Source: Chrysomallon squamiferum
Taxonomy: Eukaryota; Animalia; Mollusca
Direction of reading: 5' to 3'
Assembly (NCBI GenBank): GCA_012295275.1
Contig: CM022667.1
Location: forward strand, 18,910,001-18,974,000
DNA: 64,000 bases
The translations under genes were made by a program, and so were the position numbers. The notes under the pieces are model-generated. The model was not told where the DNA came from. It did not search any database and saw only the letters and a list, made by a program, of their open reading frames with translations. Shown piece after piece: positions 28,938-39,900 of this stretch; the first letter of the stretch is position 1, and every line of letters begins with the position of its first letter.

Positions 28938-31491
28938 ACATATTATCACCGTAATATATACTATAACTGCATTTATTTATTTAGAATTAACAAAATTACA
29001 AAATCTGCTGAAGAGGAAATTAAACGAAGAAAAAGATTTGCAAAACATTGTTGGTCAACTGAGATATGACATCAGGAAACTGGAAAATGTTCGTGAAAAT
29101 CTCAAACAAACGGTTAGCACGTTCTTTTTTATTTTTTTATTTTGTACTATTTATTTTTCTTTAACTTTTTGAAATAAATATAAAATCCAGGAATAGAAAC
29201 ATTTAACGTATACTTGGTTAAGCAGCCTAAATTATTAACCTCCAAACTAATTCAAAATCTTGAAATATGCTGTAACTGTATCAATGATTTACGCGTCACT
29301 GCAATAAAGATGCTTTCTATTTTAAAGATTCTGTTTTCTCTTTGTCTGTGTCTACCTATCTATCTATCTGTCTGTCTGTCTGTCTGCCTGTCTGTTTCTC
29401 TGTCTCTCTGTATATCTATTTATCTGTGTATATATATACACACACAACATTCACAATGTATACAAGCACGGCTATTTTTCTGCCTCTTTCGATATTAATT
29501 TTTTGGTTTTGCTTCGTTCGTTTATTTCATATTTATTTATCTGATTTAGATCGATGAACAACAAAATGATTTGTGTCGCCTTCATGTTGTTTTAAAAGCT
29601 GAAAGAGCAAAACAAAATAACACAGAACGTGAGGTGAGATTTCAACAAACAGAAACTCTCAAATTTTGTAACCTTTTTTCTGTTCCATTCTCTTCATATT
29701 TTTCTGTCTACGAGTCTGTCTGTCTGTTTCTGTCCTTATCTTAAAAAATAATAATAATAATAACAATAACTAGAAACAGATAATTAGTTTAAAATATGTT
29801 ATATGTAAATATTGTGTCCAAAATCAATGGGTGCTCCTAAACACATTGCATACAAAGGCTATTTTACCTGCATCTTTCCACATACAAAAATAGGGTATTC
29901 AACAAACAGAGTTACTCTAATGACGGAGAAAAATGTCTGGAATAGTAAATCAGCGAATTGTTCCAGTCAGAGTTTCAGCCTGTGATCTGATGTGTAATTT
30001 ACGCAGTGATTAAAAGGTCTGTTCTCTCTGAATACAGCAATGTATAGGTTTGCTCTGTCTGAATACGACAATGTACAGACCAGCTCATTCATAATAGGAC
30101 AGTGTCTAGGCCTGTTCTGTCTGAATACGACCGTGTATAGGCCTGTTCTGTCTGAATATGACAATGTACAGTGTCTAGGCCTGTTCTGTCTGAATACGAC
30201 CGTGTATAGGCCTGTTCTGTCTGAATATGACAATGTACAGTGTCTAGGCCTGTTCTGTCTGAATACGACCGTGTATAGGCCTGTTCATCCTGCTCATTCT
30301 GAAGTAAAATGTGGCTCAGATGATGAAGTATAAAGAAAAAATATATATTTATGTATCGCTTAAGAAATCACAATTTTCTTTTTATAAATTGTAGCTGGAG
30401 AAGCATAAAGAAAAGCTGTTAATTGCCGAAAACTGTTTACGGACAAAGCAGGATCAAATTCGCGAGCCTAAATACAGTGATCAGACCAGTCGCAACCTAC
30501 ACCTTGGTGAACTCCAAACGTCGGGCAGACGTCATGTTAACTGGCAGGAAACACTGAGAAGACCTCCATTAAACTGCGAAGAAAATGTGAGAAGACGTCC
30601 ATTAAACTGCGAGGACATTTTGAGCAGACGTCATTTTAGTGGTGAGGAAACACCGAGCAGAAGTCATTTCGGCGCTGAAGACAACTTTAGTAGACGCCTT
30701 TTAGATGATGAAGTAAGCCTGGGCAGACGTTCGTATAGTGCTATGGAAACACTACGCAGACGTCCTTGTATTGGTGGGGACACACCTGAAAGACGTCATT
30801 TGATTGGTGGGAACACACCTGAAAGACGTCCTTTGATTGGTGGGAACACACCTGAAAGACGTCATTTGATTGGTGGGAACACACCTGAAAGACGTCCTTT
30901 GATTGGTGGGAACACGCCTGAAAGAAGTCCTTTGATTGGTGGGAATACACCTGAAAGACATCCTTACAGTGGAGTGGAAACATTGAGCAGAAGTAATTTT
31001 AATGGTGGGGAATCATCGAGAAGGCGCAATATCTGTGATGACGAGATGGTGGAAAGGCGTGCTTGCTGGGGTGAGGAGGGAACTACAGACGAGTATACGG
31101 TATTCAAAAATCTGAAAAAGGATTTGATGGTACTAAAAGAGGACTATAACACTACGGTCAACGAAGGGTTCGCCTATAAGGAAAGGGCGCGCCAGTTGGA
31201 GAAGGAATTACAGGAAACTCGAGAGCAGACGACGTTGTTGCAGTATCAGGTCAGGTCAAGTGAGCATCTACATTAGTTTTTTTAATAACAATAACAACAA
31301 CAACAACAATACTATATTATTAAATTCAGTTTCTTTATTTTAAATCTGTCTCTTTCTATAAACACACAAACACATTGCCTCCCATTGCCTCCCTGACTTT
31401 ATGTCTTTTATTATTCTTTTCTTGACCTTTTTTGTTTAAATATGTGAACGAACAACAAAAACGGATAAATTAATTATGTTTAAAAAACACT

Positions 31492-31537
<46 letters not shown>

Positions 31538-31643
31538 GTTATTATTATTACTATTATTATTATTATTATTATAGTGTAGTTATTAGTAGTAGTAGTAGTA
31601 GTACTATTATTATTATTATTATTATTACTATTATTACTATTAC

Positions 31644-31683
<40 letters not shown>

Positions 31684-32803
31684 TACAGACTGAGAAGAAA
31701 GATGAACTTCTGGATCAGCTGCACAAAGACTTGTGTGAAGAGCGAGAAAAGAGCAGACAACTCGAGACGTCACAGAGGCAACTCGCGTCAGCTAACAACT
31801 CAATGATGGAACTGGAAAAAGATATCAAACAATATAAATATGAAATCTGTGAGATGGCGAAAATAGTAAGACTTGATTGACTGCATATCTAAAACACACA
31901 CTCAGTCACACACACACGCACATACACACATATAAAATATATACATACATACTCACACCAACAACACACATACGCAGATATAATCATACTCATCATTCAC
32001 ACAGACATATACCATATACACAAGCATGCATACACATACAAAGCCTACACACACGCACACATATGCTCCTTTAGACTTAGGGTTGGGTTTTTTTTTTTTT
32101 TGTTCCCTTGTTTATTAATGAAGAGCATAAAATTATCATTTTAGTCATTCTTTTTGTCAAAAGCAGAAATCGTTACAATCCAAACAGTAGGCAGGTAAAA
32201 GGAACAATTTTATGTACTGGTATTTAACGACGATTCTCAAAGTGTTTCGAATCTATGAGAAAATAATTCCCTCTCAGATTGTATCCATATACATTTCTAT
32301 AGAAATGAATGTAAAAAAAAAAAACCCAAAAAAAAACGAAATTAACTGTGATGTTTCCCATCTACATAATGCTTTAGACATATTGAAGCTTTATATTAAT
32401 ATCTTGGAGATTATTATTTTACTGGGCCAACAAAATATTCAGACCACCAACTGTCTGAAATCAAGGTTTCCTGCTGGAAGGTCGTTTAGGTGCCTTAGCG
32501 CCGAAGAAGAAGAAACAGATAATGATGATGAAGAAGATGATGGCGTTGCCGTTGGTTACAACGATAAGAGATGTAAATACGGAGCGAAAGAATAAAACAT
32601 ATGAAGCTCTCCACATTAAACTGTCTGTAGATGTATGTTACTGTTGCATTAATGTCTGCATGAGTATATCTATTACATTTATTTATATTTTTACGTTGTA
32701 GATAAAACAGAAGGATGATCTTATAATAGATCTGTACGCAGAAATTGAAGGTTTTCGAAAGAAGATGCGAAAATTCCATTCAGACATTTCCTGTTTGTTG
32801 TGA
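28596..32803 (+). CDS. Uncharacterised coiled-coil protein A (~514 aa) with internal 11-aa repeat array
   Basis: Six GT-AG exons splice in frame: 28596-28794, 28985-29112, 29550-29633, 30395-31249, 31689-31865, 32702-32803 (1545 nt). The product is heptad-like E/K/L/Q-rich sequence flanking a repeat block. AATAAA lies at 32810-32815, just after the TGA. Exons 1-2 are clearly homologous to the downstream gene. Confidence 0.8.
30015..30287. repeat. 69-bp higher-order minisatellite (31-bp + 38-bp subunits) in intron 3 of gene A
   Basis: GCCTGTTCTGTCTGAATACGACCGTGTATAG alternates with GCCTGTTCTGTCTGAATATGACAATGTACAGTGTCTAG from ~30110. Degenerate copies lie upstream. Confidence 0.93.
30524..31084 (+). 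repeat. Coding 33-bp (11-aa) tandem repeat, ~17 units
   Basis: Near-perfect core units ER(R/S)(H/P)LIGGNTP lie at ~30770-30960. Diverged units keep the 11-aa register on both sides. Confidence 0.93.
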
Positions 32804-33786
32804 CTACGCAATAAAAACACTTAATCGTAACAGAGTTATCTTTTCTTTAACTGATGATTTTACACATTTATTTTGCAATACATGAATGTCGTGGGTATTT
32901 GATTAGGAAAAATGTGGGTCGTCATCATCACTGTACTTATATAAATTAATTTATGAAAAAGAAGAAAGACTAAAAGTAGACAAAAAATTAAAGAGAAGTC
33001 GAAAAATAATTTTAAGAGTGAAACGGAAAAAAAAAAAAAGAAAAAAAAGAAAAGAAAACTTAAGAAAACATTAAAAAAAAGCATAAAAAATAATTTAAAA
33101 AATACAAAGGTGAGCCTTATAGATAGATGCACGCCATATGGATCCATTAGTAGTTATGAAATTACAAAAGCTTTGTTATTTCTGTACATTTAAAATATTT
33201 TAAATGTATCTAATAATACACATCAACAAAGTTACGAATATAACTTTTCATTTTGAACAGACGTCATAATAAATATGCAGTGATGAAGCTTTTGTTAATT
33301 ATATTATTTCAAGGTACAGATAAATCAAACATTTTTCTTATTTAAAAACTAATCAGTAAATAAAATTGCCTGAAATATAATTATTATAACTCAAAAAAAA
33401 AACCAGTTCGCCCAGATATAATATAATCAAATGCTTAATGTGTAGACTATAAATAATACATACAGCATAAAAATACGCTGTCGGATAGGAGACAGGATGA
33501 AGGAAAGAAACAGATAAAAAGATAATTACTATTTGAAACAAATATAAAATATCTTGGCTGTTTTGGGGTTTAGTAAAATAGTTACAGCAATTTAACCAAC
33601 AGTTATCAAAGGGAGATAACTAAATTGTTTATTACTAACATACTCATAGCAGTTCACATTTAGTATTTTAATGATTTGCCTAATCATGTTTCAATTTTAT
33701 TTTCTATTTCTTTCGTTGCCTTATTTTTGTTTAAATTATTAAAACATATTTTATTTATTTATTTATTTACTTACTTACTTATTCAT

Positions 33787-33825
<39 letters not shown>

Positions 33826-34175
33826 TTATTTTAATTTAATATAAGTAAATCAGTAAATAAAATAAAATTATAAAGACTATGATTATTCAGAACTTTGATT
33901 TCATTTCAACTCTGCTATTGTTAAAATGACAACCACAACAACCACCACTATTATTAGTACTACTGCTACTACTGTTTTTCTATCATCATTGTCATCATCA
34001 TCATTATAGATATTATTACTATTACTAATACTACTATCACCTCTAAACCTCAGCACTAAGACCACCTCAACCGAAAAAAAAACACAAAAAAAACATCAAC
34101 ATCAATACCATTATTACTTCTAATATTTTTGCCTTCGGTACAGCTCTAACTAGGAACGTCCCAAAAACAGTCATA

Positions 34176-34183
34176 TGACGTCA
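34176..34183. promoter_or_regulatory. CRE palindrome TGACGTCA upstream of coiled-coil gene B
   Basis: Perfect CRE ending 55 nt before the ATG, in a position similar to the one in paralog A. Confidence 0.5.
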
Positions 34184-34238
34184 TAATCACTTCGTTCATT
34201 TCTTGTTTGTTTTGTTACTTTTGTATCAAGTGACAAGG

Positions 34239-34760
34239 ATGTCTAGTGGTTTTACCGACTGTTTTCAAACCATCAGAGCCGATGATCTGATGTCACAAGC
34301 TGATTCGCCGGATATTCCTCCCGATTACCTTACATACATTCGTCAACTGCAAGAAAACAAAAAACTCGAGAAGAGTTTTGTGACGGCTATTGGACTTGCA
34401 GCAAATGACGGAAAATTTCGAAGGAAATTGTCGGGTGAGAATGTTACCTGTTTGTACGTATGAATATTTATTCATGTATATATTTATTTATCTGTGACCA
34501 GCTGTCAATACCAGCGTACATAATGTATTTTAAACATTCATTATGTACGCTGGTATTGACAGTTAATAATAATAATAACAACAACAACAACAACAACAGC
34601 AATACAAATATGAACAAAAACAACAAAAGTCATCAGGATGATGGTAATAATGATGATAAGCATGATGATGTTTAACGGATAGCGGTAAGAAGCACGGTAA
34701 TAAAATAAATAAGACAATTTTATTTTATTTTATTTTATTTATTTTTATATTTTATTTATT

Positions 34761-34819
<59 letters not shown>

Positions 34820-35413
34820 TTTGTTTTTACTTTATTTTATTTTTACATTGTTATTTTATTTATTTTATTTTATTTTATTTTTATGTTTATTTATTTTTAT
34901 TTTTATTTATTTTTATTTATTATTTTATTTTTTATTTTTTTTATTTATTTATTTTTTTCCAGAACTGCCTCTGTTGGAAGAAACCCTGAAGAAATCTGTA
35001 TATGAGAAAAAAGAACTTGTTAGAAAGGTTAACAAACTACACTGCGATGTGGAATGTCACGAACAGATTCGAAGAGATTTAGAACGGAAGGTACCAATAC
35101 TACTACTGCTACTTCTTCTTCTACTACTACTACTACTGCTGCTGCTGCTACTACTGTTATTACGTTTGCTACTACTGCTATTACTACTACCAGTACTGTT
35201 ATCATTATCATCATCATCTTTATAGTCGCATTTGTACTGATGTCGCCGTTGTCATTTCTGTTGTAGCTGTTGTTGTTAGTATTATTATTATGATTATTAT
35301 TATGATTATTATTATTATTATTATTACTACTACTAGTAGTAATAGTAGTAGTAGTTGTTGTAGTAGTAATAGTAATATTAATAGTAGTAGTAGTACTGAC
35401 GTTGTATTGTGGA

Positions 35414-35500
<87 letters not shown>

Positions 35501-35655
35501 AGATATGCTCACTGGAGACCGTGTGCCAGTCACAAGAACAGCTAATTTCTGAGCTGAAAAAGACTCTGGAATTAAAGCAGAACGAAATAAACGAACACAA
35601 CCAAATTGCAAAACTTATCCATGACCTAAGCGATAGCTACCTCAACAGGAAATAG
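34239..35655 (+). CDS. Uncharacterised short coiled-coil protein B (158 aa), paralog of protein A
   Basis: Exons 34239-34434, 34963-35090 and 35503-35655 splice in frame (477 nt). YIRQLQENKKLEKSF...FRRKLS|ELPLLEETLKK aligns with A's YIELLKENQSLRRNY...FTRKLS|ELTKLQNLLKR. Both share the same phase-1 intron position and an identical 128-nt exon 2. Confidence 0.8.
35170..35280 (-). repeat. ~110-bp element, copy 2 of an inverted pair (intron 2 of gene B)
   Basis: Reverse complement of 27916-28025 with only a few mismatches. Confidence 0.92.
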
Positions 35656-36269
35656 GTCGGATATATTACGTCATTATACGTTAACAAAACGTTATTACAA
35701 AATACAGCCTGAAAATTGTCAAAATGTCATTATAAAAAGTAAAATAAATATAATATAAACAGGTGTATAATATGCAAAGTATTATATATTTATAAAAGTA
35801 TGTCATTCGCGCATTGATATATCGTTGTATGCATTAATAAAACTTATAAAACTTCACAAGAAATGTTGTTTAGATAGTTTTAATAACAATGTATAATAAC
35901 ATCAAATTCAATTACAATAAGAACTGCTTGTAAATAGTAAAGACAACTTAGCTGTTTATTCGAAATTGTATGTATTAATGTTTTTAATAAAGAAAAGGAA
36001 AGAAAGAAAGTATGTATAGATGTGCAAATACAATAAACTGAAATTAAGAAAGGAGACATAATGCACGTACATCATTATAAAAATTCCAAATGTAAATTAC
36101 CAACTAATTTTAAGACTGCGAAATTTTTTTTTTTTTAAATAATAAATAAATAATTATTAATAAATAAATAAATTAATAACTTAATAAATAACACTTAAAG
36201 TTTAACGTTTGATTCTTTGACGTTTATTATTATTATTATTATTATTATTATAGACAGGTAGGCAGATAG

Positions 36270-36332
<63 letters not shown>

Positions 36333-36744
36333 AAAAAAGATAAATAATTAATTCAGTTGTTTAGTATTATTAACTTAAAGTAAATACTTAAGTCCCATTG
36401 CAGCTGGCACATGCAATTAGTATCGGGCCATTAAACCATTCTTTACGTTGACACAATTCACATAATTAACTGGTGATTAAAAAGTAATTTATTGCAGACA
36501 CATAAGAAACTGAAAATTTACTGAGCATTCTGTTAATGCGAGCAAGATTTTATAGACAACAGCAAAACCTCGAATCTGCTGAATGAATGATTGTTGACAG
36601 AAATGATTCACCAAATAATAATACACTTTATTCTGGGTGAAATTAAGGTAAAAAAAACAAACAAAAAAACCCCAGACAATCTCAAAGTTGTAACAGATAA
36701 TCATTATGATTATCATCGTTGATTATATAAGTTTTATATTTATT

Positions 36745-36811
<67 letters not shown>

Positions 36812-36844
36812 CATTAATTTATAAAATTAGGTCTATAAAGTATA

Positions 36845-36982
36845 AACTTTCCGGATTAAAAGTCGGAGAAGTCCGAAGAAATATATTGCGGAAGTATTAT
36901 CTCCCTTTGGCCATGCGCACAGGTTCTTCAAACATGGAGAAGCATGGGTTATGATCACATTTAATACATGTTTTTATAAATT
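36845..36982 (+). promoter_or_regulatory. Putative USP10 core promoter/5' UTR
   Basis: CpG-containing patch with an ETS-type CGGAAGT (36889-36895) and an NRF1-like CATGCGCA (36912-36919), immediately upstream of the first coding exon. Confidence 0.5.
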
Positions 36983-39900
36983 ATGGAGTCGTCAGAGCAG
37001 GTACATTAATGTAGTTATGTTGAAACCGAACTTTGTGGAAACAGGGATTATTAATTTTATGATAAAAATGACATTTGTTGTGTTCTTACAATACAATGTG
37101 TAAAATAATTCCATCGCGAAACCGCTACTGAGCACATTGTGACTGACGATAAATTTTTTTTTTTTTTTTTTGCTTTCTTTTTTTTTCTTCTGTCTCATAT
37201 GCAGCTACAGTACTTCATATGGTATACGATCATTACCATTTATGGACATCAATAATGATTATTTGTTATTTCTGAGTCTTTATTCTCTTCTGTTGTTTAA
37301 GTTTCCAATTATATTATTGAAGACATTACGAAATAAATGTACAGCTTTGATCACCCCTACGAGTTTCAAGTTTGGCTTTGCAAATTACATTTCATATTTT
37401 ATAGTTTTATTTCTTATTGCTTGCTGGTGTTTAATAACAGTCGTTTACAGTGTAAATTACAATTGATAGAAAGTTTACCTTTAAACTGTTTTGTTCAGAA
37501 GTTAAATTTATTTATTTACATGTTTATAATTTAATTATCATGATTCTTATGTACCTAAAATACTGAGATATATTTGTTGATTATTAATATGCTCCTCAAA
37601 TTATAATAAATTAATTTCATTACATAAATCTAAAATAGAAAGTAGATAATATGGTCACTGACACTGGGGTTAAATATTGTAAATAACAGATATGTTAGGA
37701 ACTATTTATTTTTCATTGTAAATACATTTTTCTATGTAAAGTATTAATTTCAGTTGTGTTTTTATTTTTTGAGGGTTCCTTTTTCCTCCCCTTGTCTATA
37801 TGATTGAGATGAAAATAAATTATTGTATTTGACATTATGATCTGGGATTACTAACACAACAGTACAAACACATAAAAAATAATTTATAATAATAATTCGA
37901 TGCAATAACAGATTCCCCTTTAGTGAATGTCTGACTTATATATATACAAATTGATTGCCATAGACCCATTGTATTAAAAACCCAAGTTATCATCTGACTG
38001 ACTTGGTTTTTGTGGAAAGGAAATATTCTCCAGATTCTTTTTTTATTCAGATGAATTGGACTTTGAGCCCTGTGAATTTAATATCATTAAAAGGAATCTG
38101 TAAAATTAAACATGCTGCCAGAAGATTTGATTTACACCCAGTTGTAGACACACAGGCATATTGATCAGCAAATTATATATTAATCTTCCTGTGTCTAAGC
38201 AAATAGTAACATTGAATGTACAGTTCTTCCAGCTTATAGAACAAAATGGAAAAAGCTCCTGAAAGTAAGAGAGTGCTTTCTGCCTGATTTTATATCAGAG
38301 AGTACCATTTGTGAGGCATCATCTTCTAACTACTGGTGGATTACTGCATAGATACACCAGATGGCATTGTTAACACAGTCAGTATTTTGAGAAACTGCAT
38401 TAACAGATGAAAAAGATGATGTCACGATTGATACTGAGCTAAACTTGTCATTGCTTGATATTTTTATTTCCTAAGACTAATAAGTGACTGTAATTGCATG
38501 GTCCCATGATCAGAATCATCCTTTAGATATGAAAAAAAAAACAAATAAATAAATTTAAAAAAAACAAGCAGTATGAATTAAATGTTTCTTAAATTTACTG
38601 GTTGTAGATAATTATTGAAAAGGCCATTCAATCAAAAGTTTGTAAACATATTGAATGTCTGCTTAGTGAATAGCCATTTCAAACTTCAGAGACAGTTTTG
38701 TAAATGTAGATATATGCATGCACACACACACAAAAATACAACTTAAAGCAGTTGCTATAATAATATTGTAAATCGGGCCAGGTTTCTAAGACTGGTGTGG
38801 GATTTGAATTCAACAAAACACAATCAAAAATGGTGTAAAAGTTAGAACTGGGTCCATTCAGTAATCTATTGTCAACTAAGGTGTATTGGTCTGTACTGTT
38901 GGAGATTAATTCAGAATACACAAAAGACAAGGTAACAGACTGCTCAGTACCTTGACTTGGTGCATGTCAGTTGTATTGTGCTCAAAGTGGCCATGCTTAC
39001 TGCTCATATTCCTTATGTCTAGGGCTGTAATTTGATAACTATCTTTAAAAAAATACCATAAGTTGGATCCAGCTTTAGCTAGGAAAGTTGTTTAAGTATC
39101 ATTTTGTTTTTTAATAAAAGTACATATTCTAATGGGGAAAACATTGAAAAATACATGTGTTGATTGACCCTGACCTTTTTAGTTGTCTTTTGCAATGGTG
39201 TTTGTCCTCCATGCAAAAGAAAGAAGCCCCCAAATACTAATTAGCTAGATAGTGAAATATTGTAATGAGATCTCTGTTATGATATCCATGTTTTGGTTGG
39301 GTTTTTTTAATTTTTATTACATATATAAGAAATATTAGCAACTGTTCTAGTCATTTGGTTCATTTTTTAAATTACATTGACTGTTTGTTTATATTTGATG
39401 GTTATGGGGATAAGAAAACTTCTTTCAAATTTGGGGGTTTTATTAAATTTTATATTTTAACTTTATTTTTTTTTTCATTTCTTAGTTTTCATTTGGAGAC
39501 TTCAGTGACCTCCAAGTTGAAGATTATGAGAAAATCTGTCAGATCCTGCATGGGAGGAAAGATGGAATAAAACACGTTGAGGTTACAGGATGATATTTTT
39601 AACACTTTGTTAATAAAATGTAGTTTAGGAGTGAGTGGGTAAACAAAGCAAACAGTTATAATAATGTAAACATTTTTACTGTAATAACTTTTACAAAATA
39701 ATTTATCAGTATAGCAGAACCATACTTACGTTCAAGTTCATCAAGTTTATTTGCTGTAAATGTCATAACTATTATGATAATAACGATAACTTTTGCATTA
39801 CAAATTATAACAGTTAATAAAATGTACGTTCTTGATTGATAACAGAACGGCGCATCTGTTCAATCTGATTGTTTTATTACTGCATATGGCAAAATTATTT

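Noticed and set aside
30110-30287. Repeat-spacer-like pattern (constant 17-bp core with short variable segments)
   Set aside because: The intervening segments merely alternate between two sequences, so this is a dimeric tandem repeat, not an array.
32443-32595. Alternative terminal exon for gene A (acidic EEEETDNDDEEDD)
   Set aside because: Weak acceptor and microsatellite-derived acidity. Exon 32702-32803 has a better acceptor, continues the coiled coil and is followed by AATAAA.
36934-36947. ATG 36934 (MEKH) as the USP10 start
   Set aside because: The adjacent GT would be phase 2, which is incompatible with the phase-0 FGDF exon. ATG 36983 with CAG|GTACAT fits.
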